Source of the DNA: a virus
Taxonomy: Duplodnaviria; Caudoviricetes
Direction: 5' to 3' (one strand)
Virus record (IMG/VR): IMGVR_UViG_3300012948_000017
Span: 1-27,530 of that record
DNA length: 27,530 nt
This document shows positions 7,258 through 16,390 of this stretch, piece after piece (within the stretch, counting starts at the first letter, position 1; every line of letters starts with the position of its first letter). The notes below the pieces were generated by a model. The model saw only the letters and a program-made list of their open reading frames with translations. It was not told the origin of the DNA and did no database searches. The translations under genes were made by a program, and so were the position numbers.

Positions 7258-7703
7258 TGCGCGCGCTACTCGCGTTGGCGTTGTTCCTGGCGGTCCCGAT
7301 GACGGCCGCCGCCGATTGCATCCCCATCACGTTGCCATCGGCCAACGATTCCGAACGGACCGCGGCGTCTTTGCTCTGCCGCTACTTCCGGGACCATTCG
7401 GGGACCAAGGCCCGTGTGGCTTCGGACCCAACCGAAGGGTTGGCCTTGCATGTCTACGTGGACGACCCCGCGATCATCACCGTGTTCGGCAAGCCGGAGG
7501 TCGCCAAAAAGTCCGTCGCCGGATTCATCGATACCCTCCCGGAGCTATGGACCCGGGAAGGCCGGACGATGCCGTGGCCGGTTTACTTCGCCGTGTGGTC
7601 CACGGATCCAACGGACATCAAGCCGCGGGTTATCTGGCGGCGGACCAAGGCCGGCGGCGAGCTAACCATGGTCAAGGGGGATGGACTCACCTTGACGCGC
7701 TAG
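7257..7703 (+). CDS. Exported protein with signal peptide
   Basis: MRALLALALFLAVPMTAAA-DC resembles a Sec signal peptide; SD GGAGG; TGATG overlap; two Cys in the mature part. Confidence 0.8.
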   Translation: MRALLALALFLAVPMTAAADCIPITLPSANDSERTAASLLCRYFRDHSGTKARVASDPTEGLALHVYVDDPAIITVFGKPEVAKKSVAGFIDTLPELWTREGRTMPWPVYFAVWSTDPTDIKPRVIWRRTKAGGELTMVKGDGLTLTR

Positions 7704-7740
7704 CGCATACTGGTGTCCCTTACGAGGGACCCGCTAACCC

Positions 7741-7778
7741 GGGGAGGTCGGGACGTTTCCGGCCTCCTCTTTTCCTTT
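7741..7778 (+). terminator. Rho-independent terminator
   Basis: GGGGAGGTCGGGA-cgtt-TCCGGCCTCCTC followed by TTTTCCTTT. Confidence 0.75.
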
Positions 7779-7904
7779 GTGGGGTGGTAGGCTTTCGCCG
7801 GGTAGTTCCTTCAGGAAAAGAAACGACCCCGGAGGGGGGGACGTGGGGTTCAGCATCCCGCGGCCTCCCCTTCGCCTTTTAGGAGACGGGAAGGACGGTC
7901 CGTT

Positions 7905-8303
7905 ATGCCGCGTGTGCTTTTCCTAGACGACAACCCGGCCCGCCATTCCACGTTCCGTCATTGGTGCGCGGAGCTAGGCCTAGTCCCGGACGTGGCGTGG
8001 ACTGCGGACGAGGCGGCGGACCGCATGAAGGCCACGCGCTACGATCTCGCATTCCTGGACCACGATTTGGCGGAGGCGCATTACTCCGGCTACGCCGGAC
8101 ACGAGGCCAACGGAACGGCCTTGGCGCGATGGATGGCGGGACCTGGACGAACCCACGCGCCGCGCGGCGTGGTGGTCCACAGCTACAACGCGCCGGCCGC
8201 CGAACGCATGGCCGGCGTGCTGATGGGCGCAGGGATCCCGGTTCATAGGAACCCCTTTGGTCCGGGCCTGCGGTCGTTCCTGGTGGCGCTAGCGGGTTTC
8301 TAG
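7905..8303 (+). CDS. Stand-alone cyclic-phosphate-processing receiver (cREC-like) domain protein
   Basis: RVLFLDD...YDLAFLDHDL...NGTALARWM...VVVHSYNAPAAERM; the LDHDL and HSxN motifs distinguish this receiver clade from CheY-like proteins. Confidence 0.85.
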   Translation: MPRVLFLDDNPARHSTFRHWCAELGLVPDVAWTADEAADRMKATRYDLAFLDHDLAEAHYSGYAGHEANGTALARWMAGPGRTHAPRGVVVHSYNAPAAERMAGVLMGAGIPVHRNPFGPGLRSFLVALAGF

Positions 8304-8612
8304 CGGGAGGAACCGGTAAGCACAGACGACCTCCCGTCCCCGCGTGTGGCGCATGAGGACGCAAACGGACACCAACACCCCCTCGGCCGGCGGCGAATCG
8401 GGGATGACGGATCCCTCGGCCTCTAGCCCGTCCTCGCTAGGGTCCACGCGGTAGACGGTGGGGAGTCCGCTTTGCCATTCGGGTTTGGCGTCCCTGTCGC
8501 AATCGCGCCCGTCAAGGACGGCGCGGAGGACATCCGGCGCGACGCCTAAGGGCGGTAGGGCGGCCTCGATTGAGACGAAACACTTGGCCGCGAGCAAGGC
8601 AGCGGCGATCAA
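8289..8612 (-). CDS. Hypothetical protein, last gene of the late operon
   Basis: 4-nt overlap with the tail gene; hydrophobic N-terminus. Confidence 0.6.
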   Translation of the reverse strand: MIAAALLAAKCFVSIEAALPPLGVAPDVLRAVLDGRDCDRDAKPEWQSGLPTVYRVDPSEDGLEAEGSVIPDSPPAEGVLVSVCVLMRHTRGREVVCAYRFLPLETR

Positions 8613-11419
8613 ACGGCGACCCCGAAAAATTGCGTATAGCCGATGGCCGCCGCCACGTGCGTTAGCGGGTTCACCGATAGCGAGGTCAACCGGATTAGGT
8701 AGGGTTCCGATTGCTGTTCGGGTTCGGCAAGCTTCCGGAGGCGCGCGGAAACGTCCACGATATCGCCTAGCCTTACCTTCAGCATCTTGCCCTTGACGGT
8801 GAACTGGTAGCGGTTGACGGCGATGGCCGCCGCGCGCGATAGCTTTAGGACAATGTCGGCCGCGTCGTCAGGGTCCAGGAGGTAGGAATCCCATGTCTTG
8901 CTGTGGCGCCGGTCGTAGAGGACGGGGACAAGGGGATTGGTCACCTCGGCCGTTCGCACGACGCCGGTTGATGGGTCCTGCCCGTAGTTGAGGCGGACGA
9001 TATGGAACACGTCCTCCAGGGTCCGCGCGCCGGAGAATTCGAGAAAGTCCGCATTGGAAAGGACGGTGGCTATAGTGGCCGCGTAGCCGGACACGTCATC
9101 AATGCGCGGGGACCAATCCCACCGGCCGGCGTTGTCAACGTTGATGTCGGCGTAGCAGGAAACCTCTAGCTTATCTAGGACCCCCTGGAGGGTATCGTCC
9201 GATCCTTCGCCGCCTTGGACGGACGCGAGGCCGCCAATGTAGACCCCCAGGACCTGGGGGGACGTGGTCCGGCCATCGTTGAACCGGTCGTCCAGGATCA
9301 AGGCCACGGCCACGCGGACAATGCGGCGGAGGATAACGCGGGTGATGTCCGGTCCTAGCTCGATGTTGGCGGACGGCGTCCCGGTGTAGGTCCCCGCGAG
9401 GTCGTCCCGCATCCCGGTTATGTCGCACCGGATAACTTGCGCTTCCGGGTCTTGATCTATCGGCGTTTCGGCGTCGTAGGTCACGTCGCCAACGAGGTCC
9501 GCGGTTTGGCTATAGCCCAGGGTTTTGTAGGCCGACCGTTCCTTGTTGTCGCCGGAGTCCACCAGCAAGCGCAGTTCAACGTCCGTGGTGGCGATGGTCA
9601 CCACACCCGTTGAAATGTCGTAGGCCGTGGTGATGGTCCCCGGTGCTGTGGCCGCGTTCATCACGGCGGCCACGTGGTCCATTAGCGCGAACCACGTATA
9701 GAGTCCGGGGGTGAGGAACACGCTAGGCGTCCCCGTGCCGGTGACAAAAAAGTCTATCGCGTCGTTTTCGCCGGCCGTGATGCGGACCGGCCCGGGGTTC
9801 CCCAACATCAGGACCCGCGCCGTGGTTTCGTAGCTGTCCGAATCGTAGTCCGTCCCCAGGACCAAGGCCACGCGGCGCGTTGCGTCCTTGACGGCGGCGG
9901 CGTCCTCGTCCTCGTAGGCGTACACGGCCGAAGGGAGGACGAGGTCCCCCGGGGAATAGGTGGGGTCCTGGGTTTCGTAGACGCCGAGGCCGTCCACCGT
10001 TACGTCCGTCATCGCCGGCCGAACGTTGGTGATGGATCCGAACACAAGCGGGCGCGGCCGGCCGTTGTCGGCCTCTGCAAGGTTCGGGTTATCGATGTCG
10101 TTATAGGCCGTGAACGGCAAGGCCGCCGACAGGATCCCGCGCACGCTTTCTATTCCGAGGTCGGCGGACAAGGCGCCTACCTCGAACGCGTGGACGACAC
10201 CGGACCATCCGGGTTCCGTGTTGTCATAGGGGATGTCCTGGCCGTTCATCAACGCGCCGCCGTAACGTAGGGTCACGGTGCGGGAACACACCTCATACCG
10301 GCCCAACATGGTTTCGAGATAGGGAACCGCGTCGCGCGTGTCATCGCGGTTCAACAGGCGGACATTCCCTAGGCCTACGCTTTCGGATCCGAACCATAGG
10401 TCGTTCGCGGTCCTCTGCAATTCCGGGAGGCCGTCCGCTGATAGGCGCGGTTCGAAATAGGCGTAATGCCACACGCGGAAAAGGTGGAGGTCATCGAAAT
10501 TGACGTGGATGGTTTCGTCCGTGATGGCGGACCCGGCGTTGTTTCCGAGAAAGACCCCCACCACAATGTCCGCCGTCGTGGGATCCGGCAGGAACCCATC
10601 CGTTGGACACCGGAACGCGAAAAGGAACCGGCGCCATTCGCCGAACGTGGGCAGCAACGCGAACCCATCACCGGAGGCCGTCACGGTGAGGCCGTCATCG
10701 TTTAGGAAATTCGTTCCCCCATCCGCGGACACCCGTAGGCGCGCCTCCGCACCAATGGTGTTCAGCGGCCAGGAGGTCCGGTAGCGTCCGGTAAAAAAGT
10801 ATTGCTTGCCGGGCACGCCGAATATGGGTCCTTGCTCAATCCCGCAGATTGCGCCGGCCGCCAACGCGACGTTGTCCACGCGAACCGAATAGGCACCCTC
10901 TTGTCGGTCCGTGTCCTGTGACACCGTGGCATCGGCGGACACCTCGTCCCAATCCGGGAAGCCAACCACGTTGAGGCCGGGGTCGGTTAGTTTCTCCGGC
11001 CCTAGGATGGGTTCCACCGTTCCGCGCGTGGCGAAGTAGAACGAGAACAACGCGACCGGGTTTTTGCTGTTGGGGTCCGATTCGTCCGTCAGGTGAACGT
11101 AAAGGAATTCGCCATCCCGGTCATAGAAAAACGTCCCCACGGTGTCAACGAGGATGTCTAGCGTTTCGGTCCGGGTTAGGACTTCGTCTTGGGTAATCAC
11201 GCCGGACACGTCCAACGTTACGCCGTCCCATTCCTCCGCCACTTCGACGCGGTAGACTGGGGTCTCACCGAACGCGGACCAACCGGCCAAACGTTTGCCG
11301 CCTTGCAATTCGAGGTAGGCCAGTTTGCGCGAATAGGTTTGGTCGGCGAAGGCATCGAAGTCATATAGCGCGGACCGCAGGCCCAGCGCGCCGCGTCCAA
11401 TGCGGGTTGGTGCGATCAT
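8609..11419 (-). CDS. Large tail tip/baseplate hub protein with a CBM-like insertion
   Basis: Second gene after the tape measure; ATGA-coupled start at 11419; acidic and beta-rich; GRPRPLVFG and C-terminal LKVRLGDIVDV motifs resemble tail hub proteins. Confidence 0.8.
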   Translation of the reverse strand: MIAPTRIGRGALGLRSALYDFDAFADQTYSRKLAYLELQGGKRLAGWSAFGETPVYRVEVAEEWDGVTLDVSGVITQDEVLTRTETLDILVDTVGTFFYDRDGEFLYVHLTDESDPNSKNPVALFSFYFATRGTVEPILGPEKLTDPGLNVVGFPDWDEVSADATVSQDTDRQEGAYSVRVDNVALAAGAICGIEQGPIFGVPGKQYFFTGRYRTSWPLNTIGAEARLRVSADGGTNFLNDDGLTVTASGDGFALLPTFGEWRRFLFAFRCPTDGFLPDPTTADIVVGVFLGNNAGSAITDETIHVNFDDLHLFRVWHYAYFEPRLSADGLPELQRTANDLWFGSESVGLGNVRLLNRDDTRDAVPYLETMLGRYEVCSRTVTLRYGGALMNGQDIPYDNTEPGWSGVVHAFEVGALSADLGIESVRGILSAALPFTAYNDIDNPNLAEADNGRPRPLVFGSITNVRPAMTDVTVDGLGVYETQDPTYSPGDLVLPSAVYAYEDEDAAAVKDATRRVALVLGTDYDSDSYETTARVLMLGNPGPVRITAGENDAIDFFVTGTGTPSVFLTPGLYTWFALMDHVAAVMNAATAPGTITTAYDISTGVVTIATTDVELRLLVDSGDNKERSAYKTLGYSQTADLVGDVTYDAETPIDQDPEAQVIRCDITGMRDDLAGTYTGTPSANIELGPDITRVILRRIVRVAVALILDDRFNDGRTTSPQVLGVYIGGLASVQGGEGSDDTLQGVLDKLEVSCYADINVDNAGRWDWSPRIDDVSGYAATIATVLSNADFLEFSGARTLEDVFHIVRLNYGQDPSTGVVRTAEVTNPLVPVLYDRRHSKTWDSYLLDPDDAADIVLKLSRAAAIAVNRYQFTVKGKMLKVRLGDIVDVSARLRKLAEPEQQSEPYLIRLTSLSVNPLTHVAAAIGYTQFFGVAV

Positions 11420-12588
11420 CCCAAGGCCTCGGCGAATTGCGTTGTAACGGTCATGTAGGCCGCCGGCACGGTGTCCTTGATTAGGCCCGTGGTCATGTAG
11501 CCGTACCACGTGTCAAACAAATCGTCGTCGTCCCAATTCCAAAAGAAACACCGGCCGCGTGGGTTTTCGTCGGCGATGCGTTCAAGGACCGCCACGTCAT
11601 CGTCCGGCAGTTCCAGGAATTCGAGGTCCAACACGCGGCGCATTGGCCGTTCGTCCGTGTGCGTTGCGCCGTCGATTGCCTGGACGATTTCGGACAGTTC
11701 CTCCCGGGTTTCGCGTAGGTTGATGGACGGGCGAATGGACGGCGAGGCGATAGGACCGACCCAAACAATGCCGGCCTCGGTGAACCCCTCCGGTTGGGAC
11801 ATGTTCCGAAAGATCCACCGGTAACCGCGGCAGTTTGTCCACGGCGTGTTGGTAAACCCTTCCTCTAGGATGGCGGCGCGCATGTCGGCCTCGGCGTCGC
11901 CGGTCCCCGTTCCCTCTAGCTGTATCTCGTGTGTGATGGACCCGGCCGGCGGGAACACCCCGGCGACGTTGCCTTGGAATTGAACGACCGACAGCGTAAA
12001 GCTACCGGTTGACGGCATAAGGTTGTGGTTCAGGACTAGCGCGACCTCGCCGGGGTTGGCGGCGTCCGTCTCGGAGAGAATCAGGGTAACGGCGTGTTGG
12101 CCCTGATAGACATTGAACGCGCTGTTGTAGACGGTGCCGCCGGTGCTATCGGCCGAGGGATCAAACCCGAGGTCGTAGGCCGCCGAGGTCAACGCGTTGG
12201 CGCCGGTGTTCCACAGAAAACTAACCGTCGCCGTTCCGGTGGCGCGTGAGATTCCGAACGAGGACGCGCCACCGGTGACGGTGTAGGTGTTGTCCACGGC
12301 GGCGGCGTTGATGGCGGCCTCCACGCCGGCCGCGAAAGCTAGATGGGTTGGATAATTCCCGGGCGCGATGGTCGCCGCGCGCGGCGTCCCGTTTTCGGAA
12401 AAGTCTATGGCATCGTTGAAGCCAACCACGACGGTCCACCCGCTAGCCGAACGCCACACCTTGGACAACAAGGGGTCCATCAGGTTCGACACGGGGAGGT
12501 CAGGGTCCGCGCTAGTGGCGGAGAGGAACGTCCCGGCCGGGTCCTCGTAAAGCAGGTTAAAGAAAAAGGCGCGGGTTGGGCCGGCCAT
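11416..12588 (-). CDS. Putative distal tail protein
   Basis: Immediately follows the tape measure; A/T/G-rich, beta-type composition. Confidence 0.75.
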   Translation of the reverse strand: MAGPTRAFFFNLLYEDPAGTFLSATSADPDLPVSNLMDPLLSKVWRSASGWTVVVGFNDAIDFSENGTPRAATIAPGNYPTHLAFAAGVEAAINAAAVDNTYTVTGGASSFGISRATGTATVSFLWNTGANALTSAAYDLGFDPSADSTGGTVYNSAFNVYQGQHAVTLILSETDAANPGEVALVLNHNLMPSTGSFTLSVVQFQGNVAGVFPPAGSITHEIQLEGTGTGDAEADMRAAILEEGFTNTPWTNCRGYRWIFRNMSQPEGFTEAGIVWVGPIASPSIRPSINLRETREELSEIVQAIDGATHTDERPMRRVLDLEFLELPDDDVAVLERIADENPRGRCFFWNWDDDDLFDTWYGYMTTGLIKDTVPAAYMTVTTQFAEALG

Positions 12589-15548
12589 TAGCGGGACCTC
12601 CGGCGTAGAAATGACTTTGGCGAAATGTCGCCGGACTCAATCCGGCGTTGCGTGGACTTCCCCACCAACCGGCCGTCAAGGATGATGGGCGCGGGTTGTA
12701 GGACGATGACTTGGGCCGGCCCGCGCGAACGCCGCGCGCCGCGGTCCGAGGCCGGGACTACTTCCTCCCCCGTGTGCAACCGCGCCACCATCGGCCGGGG
12801 GACCTCGCGGATTCCGGTAGCGAAGGACCCCTCCGCCTCCCGGAATGTCCCTCCGCCGACCTGGCCAACGCTGGCCGCCGCGTCGTCGGCCGCCCGTTGC
12901 ATCCGGTCGAATTGATCCGTTGCCGCGTCCCCCATCCGGCGCAAGGCGTCCGGCAATTGGCCGCCCAGGGTTTCGACAAGGATTTTTAGGACCTCCAAAA
13001 TTTGTTCGTTGGTATCGAGGAATTGCTCGCCGACTAACCCCTGTGCCTCGGCGTTGTCCAAAAGCTTTTGCGTGTTTTCGTCGTAGGTCACGCCTAGTTG
13101 TTGCTGTCGTTCCCATAGCTGTTGAAGCGTTGGTTGCATCAACGCCATGGCCGAATTCGCGTCAACGCCGCGTTGGATCAAGAGGTCAAAATTGGCGGCG
13201 GCCTGCGCGCCCATGTCCAACAGGATGTCGCGCGTAATGAGGCCGGCGTCCCCCATCCCCTTCATGAGTTGATTGAGGCCGGAGATACTGTCGGCAACGT
13301 CTTGGTTGGAGGTGACCACGTCCCGCAGGGACAGCAACCGCGCGAACGCACCGGAGGCCTGGAATCCGAAGTCCGCCATCATCTTTCCGAGGGAGTCCAG
13401 GGACGGGCCCATTTGGTCAAGGGCCCCGATAACGTCCCCCGTTTCGCGGACGAGGCCGGCGAAGGTGGCGACGGCGAAGTTACCCAACCGGGTAAACGAT
13501 GCCTGGGTTTGATCGGTAGCGGCGCCGGCCCGTTCCATCGTGGCGGCGAACCCGCGCGTTAGCAGTTCAAGGCCACCAATGGCGGTGTTGATTCCCTCCA
13601 AACGCTTCTTCTTTTCCTCCAATGCTTGGTTGAGGGAATCAAAAATGCGCTTCGCCTCGGCCGGGGATTTCGTACTGAACGCTTTGTCTATGCTGATGCC
13701 CACCGAATCGGCGGCCTTTTTCAGGTTCGTCATGCCGCCGAATTGGTTGAGGACTTCGCCGCGTAGCTGCGCCAGTTCCTTTCGTGCCTTGGCCGCCTTG
13801 CCGAACAACCCCAAGAGGCCGCCCGCAACCGCGCCAATGCCTGCGCCCAATGGTCCCCACGCCGCGCCGGCTAGCGCGCCTTGCGCCGCGCCGCCGAGGA
13901 CGGACCCGCCTTGGAATGCGCCAACCGCGGCTTGCGCCGCGCCGGCCACCTTCTGAAGGGTTGACGCATGCTGGACGGCCGAATCATTAAGGCGCGCGAA
14001 AACGTCAACGCCGGCCGCGCCGAGGTTCACCAACCCGCCCAGGAATCCGCCGACCTCGTCCCCTACGGCGTGTAGCGCGCCCGCGAGGTCGTGTAGATTG
14101 GCCAACCACGCCGCGTGTTCCTCTTCCCGTTTCTTTCGGCTAGCCTCGTTGGCCTTGTCGGCGGCGGCCTGAATCGCGGCAACGGCCTCGGACTCTTTCG
14201 TCAGCCGGTCAATCGCGGCCTTGGCTTGTGCCTCGGCCATTTCTTTGACTTGCTTGTTGATGTCCTTTTGCATTTCCCCCAAGGTGCGGATGCCGCGTTT
14301 TTCCATGTCGAGGAAAAACCGATCCCATTCCTTGCGGGATTGCTCGGCCGCGTGTTGCCACGCCTCTTGCGAATGTTTGGCTTGGCTTTCGTGTTCGGTG
14401 GCGGCCTTCTTCGCGGCGGCGACCTGGAGGTCAAGGCTTTTCTTCGATTCGGTGGTGGCCGATTCCCAAATTTTTGCGAACGGGTCCTGGCCTCCGCCAC
14501 CAAAGGACGTGGCCGTCTTGATCTCCGGCCCTAGGCCTTTGAAGGCCGCCGCCAAACCCTGAACGTCCTTGGCCGCGCCCTTGAAAAAGGCCGTGATGAT
14601 TTCCAGTCCCTTTAGGTCCGCCCCGAAAAAGAACCGGAAGAACCCGACAATGTCATCCTTGTTCTGCGCGATGGACGCGGCCATGGCCCCGACACCGGCG
14701 GCCACGTTGTTTAGCGCTTGCGCTAGCTCGGGGTTGGCCACGATGACGGCGGCCAATTGGTTTTTGACCCCTTCCCACGCAACGTTGAGGCGCGTTCCCG
14801 CGTCGCCAAGGGCATCCGCCGCGTTGACGGTGTCACCTCCCAGGACGCCGCCGAGGTCCTTAGCCTCTTGCGACAACCCGGACAACCCTTCCTTGATGGC
14901 CGGCAGGATGGCCGTAGCGCTACGGCCGAAAACATCGATGGCCGCCGCCGTTTGCTGCGCGGGGTCCTGAATCCCCTTGATGGCGTCCGCCACCTTTAGG
15001 AATTGGTCCTCCGGTTTGAGGCCGCGCAGTTCCGAAATGGAGAGGCCTAGCCGTTTAAACTTGTCCTCGTTGTTCGTCAAATTGACTTGCATGATGCGCA
15101 AGGCATTGACGAAATTTTCTGTGGACGCGCCGGTCAATTTGGCCGCATAGCCGAATTGCTGTAACGCCTCGGCCGCGATGCCGGACCGTTCGGACAAGTC
15201 CTTGATTTGGGATCCGACCTCAACCAAATGCGCGACGGCATCACCCGCCGCCTTGAACGAAAGGACCATGGCGCCAACGGCGGCGGCGGCGGCGATGCCG
15301 GCCGGTCCCAACGCGGACATTGCCTGGCCCACGGATCCCAAGGCGCCCGCGAATTGGCCGCCCAACGCTTCGGCCGCGCCCTCAACGCTGCCCTTGAAAT
15401 CGTCTAGGCGTTCCTGTTGTTGCTTCAAGGCCGCCGCGTTGGCCTTGCCTTGTTCCTCTACTTTCTTGAGGTGCGCGACGATGGCGTCAAGTCCCTTGGA
15501 CGCCTCGTCCCGTAGCCGGAGGATTAGTTCCGCTTCAGCGGTTGCCAT
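12588..15548 (-). CDS. Tail tape measure protein
   Basis: 986 aa, Ala/Gly-rich and helical; DLSERSGIAAEALQQFGYAAKLTG and AIDVFGRSATAILP motifs; follows the tail chaperones. Confidence 0.93.
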   Translation of the reverse strand: MATAEAELILRLRDEASKGLDAIVAHLKKVEEQGKANAAALKQQQERLDDFKGSVEGAAEALGGQFAGALGSVGQAMSALGPAGIAAAAAVGAMVLSFKAAGDAVAHLVEVGSQIKDLSERSGIAAEALQQFGYAAKLTGASTENFVNALRIMQVNLTNNEDKFKRLGLSISELRGLKPEDQFLKVADAIKGIQDPAQQTAAAIDVFGRSATAILPAIKEGLSGLSQEAKDLGGVLGGDTVNAADALGDAGTRLNVAWEGVKNQLAAVIVANPELAQALNNVAAGVGAMAASIAQNKDDIVGFFRFFFGADLKGLEIITAFFKGAAKDVQGLAAAFKGLGPEIKTATSFGGGGQDPFAKIWESATTESKKSLDLQVAAAKKAATEHESQAKHSQEAWQHAAEQSRKEWDRFFLDMEKRGIRTLGEMQKDINKQVKEMAEAQAKAAIDRLTKESEAVAAIQAAADKANEASRKKREEEHAAWLANLHDLAGALHAVGDEVGGFLGGLVNLGAAGVDVFARLNDSAVQHASTLQKVAGAAQAAVGAFQGGSVLGGAAQGALAGAAWGPLGAGIGAVAGGLLGLFGKAAKARKELAQLRGEVLNQFGGMTNLKKAADSVGISIDKAFSTKSPAEAKRIFDSLNQALEEKKKRLEGINTAIGGLELLTRGFAATMERAGAATDQTQASFTRLGNFAVATFAGLVRETGDVIGALDQMGPSLDSLGKMMADFGFQASGAFARLLSLRDVVTSNQDVADSISGLNQLMKGMGDAGLITRDILLDMGAQAAANFDLLIQRGVDANSAMALMQPTLQQLWERQQQLGVTYDENTQKLLDNAEAQGLVGEQFLDTNEQILEVLKILVETLGGQLPDALRRMGDAATDQFDRMQRAADDAAASVGQVGGGTFREAEGSFATGIREVPRPMVARLHTGEEVVPASDRGARRSRGPAQVIVLQPAPIILDGRLVGKSTQRRIESGDISPKSFLRRRSR

Positions 15549-15554
15549 GTCGTT

Positions 15555-16013
15555 CTATCGCCTCGCGCGCCGTTTCCGTGCGGCCTTGGTGGGGTCCGGT
15601 TCCGGTGGCGGTTCCTTTGGCTTCGGTCCTTCGAACACGTGCGGCCACTCCGCGCGCAGGACCTGGACGGCGTCCACCAACCGCGCCGGTTGATTCCACA
15701 GGCCGCCAGGGAACGGCCACTCCGGCATGCCGGCGCGGTCCCCGGTTAGCGGGTCCGGTGGCGCGGACAACAACCACCATTCCGCGATGGCCAAGGCGCC
15801 TAGGTCGTCGTCCGCCAGGATCCGCGAAGGGCACACGGACACGTCAAACCGGTTCGGTCCTACTCCGGTCCCGTAGACGCGGCGCCGTTTGGTGGGGTCG
15901 GCGGCGCAATTGAATGCGCGGTCCCATCCTCGGCGGTAGTGTTCGAAACAAGGGAGTCTAAAGACCCGGGTTCGCTCCCCTCCGCAGAGGACGTGTAGCG
16001 CGAGGCGAATACT
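15555..16013 (-). CDS. Tail assembly chaperone, -1 frame extension (gpT-like part)
   Basis: Overlaps the upstream chaperone in the -1 frame and is reached through G GGA AAA; contains a WPFPGGLWNQPARLVDAV motif. Confidence 0.7.
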   Translation of the reverse strand, partial: SIRLALHVLCGGERTRVFRLPCFEHYRRGWDRAFNCAADPTKRRRVYGTGVGPNRFDVSVCPSRILADDDLGALAIAEWWLLSAPPDPLTGDRAGMPEWPFPGGLWNQPARLVDAVQVLRAEWPHVFEGPKPKEPPPEPDPTKAARKRRARR

Positions 16014-16384
16014 TTTCCCTGGGTTTCCGTGGCCACACAAAGGCTTTGGATTGCCAACAGGATTTCGAACGTCAACGCCGTGGGCAATTCGTCCAGGAGG
16101 TCCACGGCCGTTTCAATCCGGCCGCCATCCTCGCGGCCGATTTCCTCGGCCAATTGCACGTAGTCCCGGAAGGCCTCCCGGACAAAGTCACCCTGTAGCC
16201 GGCGCAGGCCGGCCACAACGGCGTCCTCGTCCGTGGGGTCCACGTCCCGGGCCTGCCGGCCGATGGACGCAAGGCCGCGGAGGAATTCGATTGCCTCCGC
16301 CTTGGTCAAGGCCTTTAGGCGGAGGTCAACCGTGATGTCGGCGATTTCGAACGTTCGGACATGCCAACGCTTTAGGATTTTCAT
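15860..16384 (-). CDS. Tail assembly chaperone (gpG-like)
   Basis: Lies between the tail tube and tape measure; GK codons at the slippery site followed by a low-complexity S/T/P tail. Confidence 0.8.
   Translation of the reverse strand: MKILKRWHVRTFEIADITVDLRLKALTKAEAIEFLRGLASIGRQARDVDPTDEDAVVAGLRRLQGDFVREAFRDYVQLAEEIGREDGGRIETAVDLLDELPTALTFEILLAIQSLCVATETQGKVFASRYTSSAEGSEPGSLDSLVSNTTAEDGTAHSIAPPTPPNGAASTGPE
16013..16019 (-). other. Programmed -1 frameshift heptamer G GGA AAA
   Basis: Minus strand reads CAG GGA AAA GTA (QGKV) in frame 0 and CCA GGG AAA AGT (PGKS) in the -1 frame; X XXY YYZ pattern as in lambda G/GT. Confidence 0.75.
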
Positions 16385-16390
16385 GCGGCC

